DNA of 32,000 nt from Erysipelotrichaceae bacterium (GTDB lineage Bacteria > Bacillota_I > Bacilli_A > Erysipelotrichales > Erysipelotrichaceae), in NCBI GenBank assembly GCA_030604855.1, contig JAUVVC010000004.1, positions 190,871 to 222,870 of the forward strand, given 5' to 3'. The translations under genes and the position numbers were made by a program. How positions within the stretch are numbered: position 1 is the stretch's first letter; every line of letters starts with the position of its first letter. The notes under the pieces were generated by a model, which worked only from the letters and a program-made list of their open reading frames with translations, was not told the origin of the DNA and made no database searches. Shown here one piece after another: positions 9,448 to 17,582 of the stretch.

Positions 9448-9530
9448 CGTAAATTCGGGGACAACTAAACCAATAATGTATATATCGTGTGAAAATTCAA
9501 GTAATATGACCGATTTTTAGACAGAAAGTT

Positions 9531-9560
9531 GTTTCATTCAAAGAGTATGAATGGTAAAAT
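9531..9560 (+). promoter_or_regulatory. Candidate sigma-A promoter of the flagellar operon (extended -10)
   Basis: TGg-TAAAAT (TG 9552-9553, -10 at 9555-9560), with weak -35 GTTTCA/TTTCAT (9531-9537). An alternative is TTGCCA (9589-9594, 5/6), 17 nt, TATGCA (9612-9617, 3/6). Neither is compelling alone. Confidence 0.3.
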
Positions 9561-9700
9561 AACATCGTTGAGTCGCACATAAAACGTGTTGCCAAAACAG
9601 TAGGTAAATTCTATGCAAATTTATTCCTAATCGAGTAAATTTTTATTTTACCCATTTAAGTTTTTGAATTTTTGAACGATATCCCGATGAGGACTTTACG

Positions 9701-10048
9701 ATGATCGATAACAAATCCATAAAGACGATGCAAGCAGGACTGGATGCCCTGTGGCTAAAGCAAAAAGTGCACTCGAATAATATCGCGAACAGTGAAACTG
9801 CTGGCTTCAAAGCAGGTGAAGTCAGTTTTAAAACACGTCTCGACCAAGCCAAGCAACAGATTGAGTCCATTCAAGTTCAAGTCAAACAGAATCAAGGATT
9901 GAGCAATCGTTTGGATGGAAACAACGTTGATCTCGAAAAGGAACAACTCGCTTTGTGGGAAACCTATGCACAGTATAACTACGTGACACAAAGCTTAAAC
10001 AAACAGTTAAACAATCTCCGTTATGTCATCAATAACACAGGGAAGTAG
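9701..10048 (+). CDS. flgB: Flagellar basal-body rod protein FlgB
   Basis: 115 aa. It has the rod-family N-terminal motif 'SNNIANSETAGFK', the C-terminal 'GNNVDLEKE' block, and is first in the flgB-flgC-fliE order. Confidence 0.88.
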   Translation: MIDNKSIKTMQAGLDALWLKQKVHSNNIANSETAGFKAGEVSFKTRLDQAKQQIESIQVQVKQNQGLSNRLDGNNVDLEKEQLALWETYAQYNYVTQSLNKQLNNLRYVINNTGK

Positions 10049-10055
10049 GTAAAAC

Positions 10056-10490
10056 ATGTCATTTCTAGATTCACTAAAGATTGCAGGGTCGGCATTAACC
10101 GCACATCGCTTCCGTATCGATACGGTTGCCCAGAATCTCGCAAACATCAATACAACACGTACCGAAGATGGCACACCGTATGCTCGTAAGCTTGTCGTCT
10201 TGCAAGAACGCAACGCGTCCTTCACCAATGTGTTGAATAAAGCACGAAAAGCTCGCACGGGTGGTGGCGTGGAAGTCCAAGCCGTCATTGAAAGCAAAGA
10301 TCCTTTCATCCCAGTCTACGATCCCAGTCATCCCGATGCGAATGCGGATGGGTATGTGATGATGCCAAACGTCAACACGACCGAAGAGCAAATTGATTTA
10401 ATGGCTGCCAGTCGTGCTTATGAAGCAAACTTGACGGCCTTGAATGTCGTCAAAACGATGGCGATGAAAGCACTGGAAATTGGTAAGTAA
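10056..10490 (+). CDS. flgC: Flagellar basal-body rod protein FlgC
   Basis: 144 aa. Visible motifs are 'VAQNLANINTTRTEDGTPYARK', 'GYVMMPNVN' and the C-terminal 'MAASRAYEANLTALNVVKTMAMKALEIG'. Confidence 0.93.
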   Translation: MSFLDSLKIAGSALTAHRFRIDTVAQNLANINTTRTEDGTPYARKLVVLQERNASFTNVLNKARKARTGGGVEVQAVIESKDPFIPVYDPSHPDANADGYVMMPNVNTTEEQIDLMAASRAYEANLTALNVVKTMAMKALEIGK

Positions 10491-10491
10491 T

Positions 10492-10791
10492 ATGAAAACA
10501 TTCATTGTCCCAATCAGTCCCCTGCGTTTGGAATCCCAAATCCAAACACCTCAAGCGCAAAACAATGTATCCAATGGCTTCTCAAACGTATTGAGTCAAG
10601 CCATCGAAAATGTAAAAGAATCACAACAAGCTGCTGACCAAAGTGCGCAATCCCTCTTGATGGGACAGAGTGATGATTTACACAATGTCATGATTCAAGC
10701 AGAACAAGCGGCTTTGGCACTTGAACTTACGGTTCAGGTCACCAGTAAAGCCATCAATGCCTATAACGAAATTATGCGTATGCAATTCTAG
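10492..10791 (+). CDS. fliE: Flagellar hook-basal body complex protein FliE
   Basis: About 99 aa. The C-terminal 'AEQAALALELTVQVTSKAINAYNEIMRMQF' is the FliE signature. I prefer the ATG at 10492, 1 nt after the flgC stop, over the track's non-ATG start at 10480. Confidence 0.88.
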   Translation: MKTFIVPISPLRLESQIQTPQAQNNVSNGFSNVLSQAIENVKESQQAADQSAQSLLMGQSDDLHNVMIQAEQAALALELTVQVTSKAINAYNEIMRMQF

Positions 10792-10811
10792 GCTAGGAAG
10801 TTAAGTTCAAC

Positions 10812-12359
10812 ATGAATCTTCAATTCAATCAGATGCTTCAATCTTTTAAAGAAGCGTGGCAGAAATTAGCAAAAGTCCGTCAAAAACAAATTATCATCGG
10901 GACCTTCCTTATCCTTTTTGTGTCAATCATCGTACCGATCGGGCTAAGAACCTACAATGAAAGTCATTATACCCTCTTGTATGAAAATCTATCCATTCAG
11001 GAACAGGCCGATATCTACCTTGTATTGAGTGAGATGAATGTGGACGTGTCCACGAACAATACAGGAAATCTAATGGTTCCACGAAATCAGGTGGATGAAC
11101 TCAAGTTACGGCTCAGTGCTTTAGGTTATCCTAAATCGGCCTTAAGCTATGATGTTTTCACTTCCAATGCTGGCTTCATGGCAACGGAGCTTGAGAAGCA
11201 ACAATACCTGATCATCGATTTACAGAATCGATTGGAAGGAACGCTGAAACGAATTGATGGGGTTCGCTCCGCTGTCGTCACATTGAACATTCCAGAATCG
11301 TCCAACTATGTTTGGCAAGAAAATAATCAAGCGGGAAGTGCTTCAGTCCTGCTTGATTTTAGTGCGTCTATGGACTTGGACGCCAAGACTGTCAGTGGGA
11401 TTAAAAACCTTGTGGCATCAGCAGTTCCCAACATGGAGAAGGATGCGGTCGTGGTCATCGATGCGGCAAGTGGACAGGAATTGGGTCAAACCAGCTTGGA
11501 TGCCGGTTTTGAGCAGAATTACTTACAAATTCAATTTGAACAAGATCTTGAAGAACGCCTTCAAACCAAAGTCGTCAATCTCTTAAGCATGCCTTTTGGT
11601 TATGAAAACATACGTGTCAGTGCTAGTGTCGTAATCGATTACGACAAAATGTTGTCTGAAGAACTCAAATACATCCCGAATGAAAATGGGACAGGGGTCA
11701 TCCAAAGTCTTGAGAAATGGTATGCCGCTAACGGAAGTACGACCGGGGGTATCGCAGGGGAAAACAACAATACCGATCTTCCAGTCTATCAAGAAGGAAG
11801 TGCGGAACCCACAGAGGGTGAATACACCTACAGTGCGGAGTATCTGGTGAGCTATCTCAAAACACAGATTGAGAAGAACAATGCGGAACTGAAGGACGCG
11901 ACGATTTCCGTTGTGTTGAACAGTAAAGCCTTGAGTGATGAAGAACGAACACAGTGGACACAAGCTATTTCCAAGGCCATCAATATTCCTGAAGAAAAGA
12001 TTGGTCTCCATGTCTTCCAAGCCAACGCACAAAGTGAAGAGCCCATCATGGTTCCGGAAGACATCATGGATTCCCCCTACTTCTGGCCAGTGGTCGCAGG
12101 TGGAGCGGTTGTGATTATTTTGATCATCGCAATGTTGGTGTTCTTTGTTTCACGTAAGAAACGCAAACAGAAAGCGGATCGTGAGGACATCAACCAACAG
12201 ATCAAATCCTTTACGGAACTTGCTAAGAACAGAGCGAACACAATTAAAGCCGACCCAAGCAAAGCCACCATCAATGATATCCAACAATTTGCGGATGAGA
12301 ATCCAGAGATTGCGGCAAACTTGATCCGCGAGATGTTGAAGGAGGATGAAGAGTCATGA
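10812..12359 (+). CDS. fliF: Flagellar MS-ring protein FliF
   Basis: 515 aa. It has an N-terminal TM segment (IIIGTFLILFVSIIVPIGL), a periplasmic-type ring-building region (GVRSAVVTLNIPE) and a C-terminal TM segment (WPVVAGGAVVIILIIAMLVFFV) followed by an acidic tail. Position is before fliG. Confidence 0.9.
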   Translation: MNLQFNQMLQSFKEAWQKLAKVRQKQIIIGTFLILFVSIIVPIGLRTYNESHYTLLYENLSIQEQADIYLVLSEMNVDVSTNNTGNLMVPRNQVDELKLRLSALGYPKSALSYDVFTSNAGFMATELEKQQYLIIDLQNRLEGTLKRIDGVRSAVVTLNIPESSNYVWQENNQAGSASVLLDFSASMDLDAKTVSGIKNLVASAVPNMEKDAVVVIDAASGQELGQTSLDAGFEQNYLQIQFEQDLEERLQTKVVNLLSMPFGYENIRVSASVVIDYDKMLSEELKYIPNENGTGVIQSLEKWYAANGSTTGGIAGENNNTDLPVYQEGSAEPTEGEYTYSAEYLVSYLKTQIEKNNAELKDATISVVLNSKALSDEERTQWTQAISKAINIPEEKIGLHVFQANAQSEEPIMVPEDIMDSPYFWPVVAGGAVVIILIIAMLVFFVSRKKRKQKADREDINQQIKSFTELAKNRANTIKADPSKATINDIQQFADENPEIAANLIREMLKEDEES

Positions 12360-13360
12360 GCAACATGTTAACGTCAACGCAAAAAGCTTCAGCACTACTC
12401 ATATCCATGGGACCTGAACGCGCAGCCAAAGTCTTTCGTCACTTGAGTGATGCGGATGTGGAACGTTTATCCCTTGAGATCTCCAAACTTCGTCGTGTTG
12501 ATTCCAGTGAAATGGAAGCCATCGTCGAAGATTTCTATGGCATGTATCTCACGCAGAAAGTCATCACTGAAGGGGGTGTGATTCAAGCGAAGGAAATCTT
12601 GGAGAAGGCCTTTGGGCCTCAGCTTGCATCTTCTTATTTGGATCGTGTATCTCGTTCCATGCGTGTGAAAATCTTTGATTTCATTCGTAAAGTGGACTAT
12701 AAAAACCTCGTATCTGTTTTGCAGAATGAACACCCACAAACCATTGCCTTGGCACTCGCTTATGCGGGTGCGAATCAATCCTCTCTCGTCTTGGGAGAAC
12801 TTCATAAAGATATCCGTGTCGATGTGGTCGAGCGCATCGCAAAACTGGATAATCCACACCCAGAATTCTTAAAAGTCCTCGAGAAAGTATTGGAAAGTAA
12901 GTTGTCCACTATGATCACCCTTGAAGTCCAAGAAATTGGGGGTGTCCATCATGCGGCAGACATCATGAACCGTGTTGAACGTGGTATCGAGAAACATGTG
13001 TTTGATGCTTTGAATCAGAAGAACCCAAGCTTGGTTCAACAGATTCGCGAGAAGATGTTTGTCTTTGAAGACATCATCAACTTGGATGATAATTCCGTAC
13101 AGCTCTTCATTCGTGAAGTGGATGCCAAAGATCTTGCGGTCGCACTTAAGATTGCGAACAATGATCTCTTGGATGTCTTCTTTAGAAACATGTCGACACG
13201 TATGCAAGAGACCATCAAATCAGATATGGAATACCTTAAGAATGTACGCATGAGTGATGTGGAAAAGGCTCAACAACGCATTGTGGCTATTGTCCGTCGT
13301 TTAGAAGAAGAAGGTCAGTTGGTTATTTCGAAGGGAGGTTTGGATGATGTCTTTGTCTAG
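12356..13360 (+). CDS. fliG: Flagellar motor switch protein FliG
   Basis: 334 aa. Visible motifs are 'KASALLISMGPERAAKVFRHLSDADVERLSLEI' and the 'MFVFEDI' motif. ATGA overlap with the fliF stop. Confidence 0.95.
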   Translation: MSNMLTSTQKASALLISMGPERAAKVFRHLSDADVERLSLEISKLRRVDSSEMEAIVEDFYGMYLTQKVITEGGVIQAKEILEKAFGPQLASSYLDRVSRSMRVKIFDFIRKVDYKNLVSVLQNEHPQTIALALAYAGANQSSLVLGELHKDIRVDVVERIAKLDNPHPEFLKVLEKVLESKLSTMITLEVQEIGGVHHAADIMNRVERGIEKHVFDALNQKNPSLVQQIREKMFVFEDIINLDDNSVQLFIREVDAKDLAVALKIANNDLLDVFFRNMSTRMQETIKSDMEYLKNVRMSDVEKAQQRIVAIVRRLEEEGQLVISKGGLDDVFV

Positions 13361-14003
13361 AGTCTTGAAACAACCCCGTCAGTGGGTCTATGAAGATGTG
13401 TTGGAAGAAGAAACGATTCAAATTGAATTGATCCGAACTGAAGTCGAAATGATTAAAGAAGTTCATTCGTTTGAACCAGAGCCCATCGCTGAAAGCCTAA
13501 CACCAAGTCCGATTCCAGTGGAAGTAGACATGGAAGCCATTCGTGCGGAAGCCATTGAGATCGCACGTCAAGAGTTGTATCTGGAGAATGCGGCCTTTGT
13601 TGAAAAATTGCGTCTAGAATACGCACAGTTCACAGATAAGCTCGCAGAAGAACAAGCACAAATCCTCCAATCCATCCAAGCAGAGGCACATCATTTGGCC
13701 TTGGCTTGTACAGAGAAGTTGATGCATGTGAAAGTGAATGACAAAGATCAAACACAGCTATTGAAACTGATTGAATTGGAATGTGAACGTCATAAAGATG
13801 AACACTTCACACGCATCCACCTCAGTCGAAAGCTAAAACCATTCGAACATGAATTAGAGATGATTTTAAAGCAGAATCAGCTCAAAGTGACCTGGGTTGA
13901 AGGCTCTAAGGATACCTGTGTGTTTGAGAAAGAGGGAAGCTATTACGATGTATCCCTCACGACGAAACTAGAGAATCTTAAACATTTGTTTATGACACGC
14001 TAA
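13344..14003 (+). CDS. fliH: Flagellar export apparatus regulator FliH
   Basis: 219 aa, acidic and coiled-coil-rich (EIARQELYLENAAFVEKLRLEYAQFTDKLAEEQAQ). It lies between fliG and fliI and overlaps the fliG end by 17 nt. The call rests mainly on position and composition. Confidence 0.72.
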   Translation: MMSLSRVLKQPRQWVYEDVLEEETIQIELIRTEVEMIKEVHSFEPEPIAESLTPSPIPVEVDMEAIRAEAIEIARQELYLENAAFVEKLRLEYAQFTDKLAEEQAQILQSIQAEAHHLALACTEKLMHVKVNDKDQTQLLKLIELECERHKDEHFTRIHLSRKLKPFEHELEMILKQNQLKVTWVEGSKDTCVFEKEGSYYDVSLTTKLENLKHLFMTR

Positions 14004-14007
14004 GCAG

Positions 14008-15309
14008 ATGGAACGTTATCATAAATTGTTAAACACAGAAGATTTGGGTTCGCACTTAGGTACGATCACCAAAGTGGTTGGGACCAAGCTTGAATCCAAT
14101 GGACCCATCAGTAAGATTGGGGACATCTGTGAATTGAACACCTTGGATGGCAATCAGACCGTCATGGCTGAAGTAGTCGGAGTCGAAGGGTTAACCGTTC
14201 ACTTGATGCCCTATCGTGATATCGATGGGATTGGGTATGGAAGTGTTGTGAAGAATACAAAAACCGTACTAAAGATACCAGTGGGGGAAGCCTTGTTGGG
14301 TCGTATCGTGGATGCGATGGCACAACCCCTCGATGGTTTAGGACCTATCCAAGCTCAAGCCTGGTATTCCGTTAAAGGAAGTCCTTCGAACCCCTTCGAC
14401 CGTCCTCGTATCACAGAGAAACTCTGCTTAGGCATTAAAGCCATTGATGGTTTGAATACCGTAGGCAAGGGTCAACGGATGGGTATCTTTGCGGGTTCTG
14501 GTGTGGGGAAATCCACCTTGATGGGTATGATGGCCAAGACCGCTCAAGCCGATATCAACGTCATTGCGTTGGTGGGCGAACGTGGGCGTGAAGTCAATGA
14601 GTTCATTGAACGTGATCTGGGTGCAGAAGGTTTGAAACGATCCATTGTAGTTGTGGCGACATCCGACCAACCTGCCATGATGCGTAGTAAATGTGCACTT
14701 ACCGCGACTACGATTGCGGAGTATTTCAAAGATCAAGGTAAAGATGTCTTCTTGATGATGGATTCTCTGACACGCTTTGCGATGGCAGAACGTGAGATTG
14801 GATTGAACATTGGAGAAGCACCGGTCGCGAGAGGTTATACACCGTCCATCTATGCGAGTTTACCCAAGTTGCTGGAGCGTGCTGGACGTTTTCAAAAAGG
14901 TTCCATCACAGGCTTGTATACCGTGCTTGTGGAAGGGGACGATGCGAATGAACCCATCAGTGATATCGTTCGAGGCATCATTGATGGACACTTGATGTTG
15001 TCGAGGAAGCTGGCGATGCAGAATCACTACCCTGCGATTGATGTCTTGTCCAGCATCTCGCGTTTGATGACTGAAATCAGTGAACCTAAGGTCCTTAAAG
15101 CTGCTGGAAGTTTACGTCAGTTGATGGCTGTCCTACAAGCCAATGAGGATTTACTTTCAATAGGAGCTTACAAGAGTGGAGCCAATCCTAAGTTGGACGA
15201 AGCATTACGTAAACGCAGTCTCATCGAACGCTTCCTAATGCAAGCAACCCATGAGAATACAAGTTATGAGAGTACTTTACACTTGATTGAAGGCATCGTG
15301 AACGGATGA
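14008..15309 (+). CDS. fliI: Flagellum-specific ATPase FliI
   Basis: 433 aa. Walker A 'GSGVGKST', Walker B 'VFLMMDSLTRFA' and 'HYPAIDVLSSISR' are visible. Confidence 0.96.
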   Translation: MERYHKLLNTEDLGSHLGTITKVVGTKLESNGPISKIGDICELNTLDGNQTVMAEVVGVEGLTVHLMPYRDIDGIGYGSVVKNTKTVLKIPVGEALLGRIVDAMAQPLDGLGPIQAQAWYSVKGSPSNPFDRPRITEKLCLGIKAIDGLNTVGKGQRMGIFAGSGVGKSTLMGMMAKTAQADINVIALVGERGREVNEFIERDLGAEGLKRSIVVVATSDQPAMMRSKCALTATTIAEYFKDQGKDVFLMMDSLTRFAMAEREIGLNIGEAPVARGYTPSIYASLPKLLERAGRFQKGSITGLYTVLVEGDDANEPISDIVRGIIDGHLMLSRKLAMQNHYPAIDVLSSISRLMTEISEPKVLKAAGSLRQLMAVLQANEDLLSIGAYKSGANPKLDEALRKRSLIERFLMQATHENTSYESTLHLIEGIVNG

Positions 15310-15734
15310 AGACATTCCCACTCGCAAAAGTCCAAGCCATACGGCAGATTGAAATGGACCAAGCCAAAAATGAGTTGTTGATGATACGACAGAACATTCA
15401 GGAAGTCCTTCAGACGATAGAACAACTAGAGCTTAAACAAAGAGTTCTATTGGATGATCGCAATCGCAAGCTAACGGAGGGAACCAATCCCTTTGATCTG
15501 AATCAAGATCAAGTAAAAATCAAAGCCCTAACAGAGCTAAAGAAAACACATGAAAAGAAGTTACTTGAACTAAGGCAACTTGAAGAAAAAGGTTTAAAAG
15601 TGTTGTTGGAGAAGAAGCAGACCGTGAATGGTCTGGATAAGTTGAAAGACAAGTTCATAGACTATCAAGCACAAGAACATCGCAAGCAAGAAGCAGATTT
15701 CGTAGAATCCACATTGGTGCATAAATACAGGTGA
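15306..15734 (+). CDS. fliJ: Flagellar export chaperone/stalk protein FliJ
   Basis: 142 aa, predicted all coiled coil. ATGA overlap with fliI and the canonical position after fliI. Confidence 0.72.
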   Translation: MKTFPLAKVQAIRQIEMDQAKNELLMIRQNIQEVLQTIEQLELKQRVLLDDRNRKLTEGTNPFDLNQDQVKIKALTELKKTHEKKLLELRQLEEKGLKVLLEKKQTVNGLDKLKDKFIDYQAQEHRKQEADFVESTLVHKYR

Positions 15735-15779
15735 TCACTCGAATGAGTTCACATAAATCAAAAGAAAGGAGGTGAAGAC

Positions 15780-16742
15780 ATGGAGACAATCAATCGAATC
15801 CCCATCCAACAAGCCATGTTTGTGCAAAGCAGTTCTACAACAGTTGTGAACAACGACTTCCAAACATTCCTGATGGAGCTCTTCAAAGAGGTTGAGACCG
15901 AAACAGAAACTCCAATCGTAGTGAGTACGGAAGAAAATCCGCTCATTGTGCAAGAAGAAGAAAGTTCTGAAACGGAACCGACTGAGATGGTACAGATTTT
16001 AGCCACACTGCCCAATTGGATCAATCTAAGTATCCCAAAAGCGGATATACCCGTTGAAGCAAAAAGCAATGTTGTTCAAACGGTAATCAAAGCAAATCAG
16101 AATGGTTCGATTCAAGTGCCAATCCAACAAGTAGTTAAACAGATTGATGAAGTTCAAACCAAGGAAGTTCCCAAAGAATTTGTTCAGATGATCAAAACGA
16201 TTCAAAGTGATATCCAGAAGGTCGAATTTGAACCTGAAATCCAAGAGGCAAAACTGCACTTTGAACGCTTACGCAAACCAATGATTCAGGTTGTTCAAAC
16301 AGAGAACACTCAAGCAAAGATTCCGGTCGAAGTAAGAAGTGTTGAAAAAGTGGTTCTACTGCAAGTTGAGCGGGCACACATCGATTTAAATGAGATCACG
16401 AGCATCATTAAGCAACACGATCAAAGTAAAGATGGGACCTATACCTTAAAGCTCAAGCCAGAGGGTATTGGGGAGATTGTGATCAAGTTTGAACAAAAGG
16501 AGAATACATTCAAGCTGACCTTACACAGCCCACGCCCAGAAGTACACAGTTTGTTTGAAAAAGTACTACCTGAACTCAAGAACCAAATGCAAGACATTCA
16601 ATGGGAAGTTCAGTATGGACAGGGAGATGCGCAAAAGCATGGACGAGCGTTCCATCAGCACAAAGCCAAGTTCAAGCAGGAAGATGTGGAAGAGACATCG
16701 ATGAACGTCCGTATCGATCATTATGATCGAAGCCAAACCTAG
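15780..16742 (+). CDS. fliK: Hook-length control protein FliK
   Basis: 320 aa. It has an acidic, low-complexity N-terminal half and a C-terminal Flg_hook-like block 'YTLKLKPEGIGEIVIKFEQKENTFKLTLHSPRPEVHSLFEKVLPELKNQM'. Position is before flgD. AAGGAGG RBS. Confidence 0.78.
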   Translation: METINRIPIQQAMFVQSSSTTVVNNDFQTFLMELFKEVETETETPIVVSTEENPLIVQEEESSETEPTEMVQILATLPNWINLSIPKADIPVEAKSNVVQTVIKANQNGSIQVPIQQVVKQIDEVQTKEVPKEFVQMIKTIQSDIQKVEFEPEIQEAKLHFERLRKPMIQVVQTENTQAKIPVEVRSVEKVVLLQVERAHIDLNEITSIIKQHDQSKDGTYTLKLKPEGIGEIVIKFEQKENTFKLTLHSPRPEVHSLFEKVLPELKNQMQDIQWEVQYGQGDAQKHGRAFHQHKAKFKQEDVEETSMNVRIDHYDRSQT

Positions 16743-16754
16743 AAAGGAGGCAAC

Positions 16755-17126
16755 ATGAGTATCAATCCGATTTCAGCAGTATCAGAGCAAGAAGCAAAGA
16801 AGAAGAATACGATCAGTGTAGAGGGATTTCTAGAATTGATGGTCGCACAGTTGAAGAATCAAGATTTCAACAATCCTGTGGATGACACGCAGTACATGGC
16901 GCAAATGGCGCAATTCGCGAGTCTTCAAGCCATGCAAGACATGAGCGGATTCACACAATCCACCTATGCCATCGCATTGGTAGGAAAGTATGTCAGCGCA
17001 CAAAAAGATGGGACTTTGATTGAAGGTGTCGTTACAAGCATCCAAAGAAACAACAAGACGTTTATGATTCAAATCGGGAATCAAAGCGTAAGCATCGAAC
17101 AAATCACAGGAGTACACAGTGTATGA
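16755..17126 (+). CDS. flgD: Hook assembly/capping protein FlgD
   Basis: 123 aa. 'FLELMVAQLKNQDFNNPVDDTQYMAQMAQFASLQ' is the conserved FlgD N-terminal motif. AAGGAGG RBS. Confidence 0.88.
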   Translation: MSINPISAVSEQEAKKKNTISVEGFLELMVAQLKNQDFNNPVDDTQYMAQMAQFASLQAMQDMSGFTQSTYAIALVGKYVSAQKDGTLIEGVVTSIQRNNKTFMIQIGNQSVSIEQITGVHSV

Positions 17127-17500
17127 ATGATCCCATCCAACAACTCAAGATTCGCTCGCTGAGTCAAGCACCCGTTGGGCAGAATCAGCGTCAAGTTCCG
17201 AATCAAGATTTCCAAGCATTGCTAGAAGAGCGTATCCGTTCAAACAGCTCTATTGAGTTTTCTAAGCATGCACTTAAACGTGTAGGCGAGAGAGACATCG
17301 ATCTGAGTTTGAACCAACTAGAACGCTTGAATCAAGGGGTTGCCTTGGCAAGTGCAAAAGGTCTGCACGATCCACTTATCTTAGTCGATCAAACCGCATT
17401 TGTGGTCAACGTACCCAACAACAAGGTCATTACGACTTTGCATGAAGACGCCCTTAAAGGCAATGTCTTCACCAACATCGATGGCGCCGTCATCGTTTAG
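17123..17500 (+). CDS. Conserved 'flagellar operon protein' of unknown function (family recalled as TIGR02530)
   Basis: 125 aa. 'IEFSKHALKRVGERDIDLS...' and the C-terminal 'NKVITTLHEDALKGNVFTNIDGAVIV' match my recollection of the small protein found between flgD and flgE in Firmicutes and spirochetes. ATGA overlap with flgD. Confidence 0.7.
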   Translation: MNDPIQQLKIRSLSQAPVGQNQRQVPNQDFQALLEERIRSNSSIEFSKHALKRVGERDIDLSLNQLERLNQGVALASAKGLHDPLILVDQTAFVVNVPNNKVITTLHEDALKGNVFTNIDGAVIV

Positions 17501-17524
17501 CCGGACATTTAAATGAGGCTAAAA

Positions 17525-17550
17525 CAAGTTTCGAATGACAGAGAAACTTG
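17525..17550 (+). other. Intergenic RNA hairpin upstream of flgE (no T-tract)
   Basis: Perfect 8-bp inverted repeat CAAGTTTC (17525-17532) / GAAACTTG (17543-17550) with a 10-nt loop. It is followed by ACGCATAC, so it is not a canonical terminator. Confidence 0.5.
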
Positions 17551-17582
17551 ACGCATACACCCACAGAAAGGCAAATATTTAA

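Noticed and set aside
9509-9516. A sigma-28-like -10 (ACCGATTT, 6/8 to GCCGATAT) upstream of flgB, analogous to the sigma-D promoter of the B. subtilis fla/che operon.
   Set aside because: There is no acceptable TAAA -35 at 14-16 nt spacing (TGAA/AAAA only at off spacings). It is kept as a note only.
9492-9672. A 9-bp inverted repeat AAAATTCAA (9492-9500) / TTGAATTTT (9664-9672) spaced 163 bp apart just upstream of flgB, reminiscent of an invertible element. The adjacent tandem TTTTTGAA TTTTTGAA (9661-9676) was also noted.
   Set aside because: The match is only 9 bp, entirely AT-rich, and does not extend on either side. I estimate about one such match by chance in a 363-bp AT-rich region. 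No recombinase gene is nearby.
9338-9700. A c-di-GMP class I riboswitch or a recombinase-invertible 'flagellar switch' in the flgB leader, as known for Clostridioides difficile.
   Set aside because: I looked for the conserved GEMM-I strings (GGCAAAC-type tetraloop region and GACGCAAAGC-type receptor region) and for long inverted repeats flanking a segment of about 150 bp. Neither is present. The region is too AT-rich for the paired GC helices. Only a covariance-model scan could fully exclude a divergent riboswitch.
14548-14555. A perfect GCCGATAT sigma-28 -10 octamer inside fliI.
   Set aside because: It is within coding sequence (..AQADINV..), and the -35 position reads GATG rather than TAAA. 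Most likely a codon-driven coincidence.
17513-17551. A 12-codon mini-ORF (MRLKQVSNDRET) in the orf125-flgE gap.
   Set aside because: It has no RBS, and the sequence is better explained as the hairpin arms. It is too short to support.
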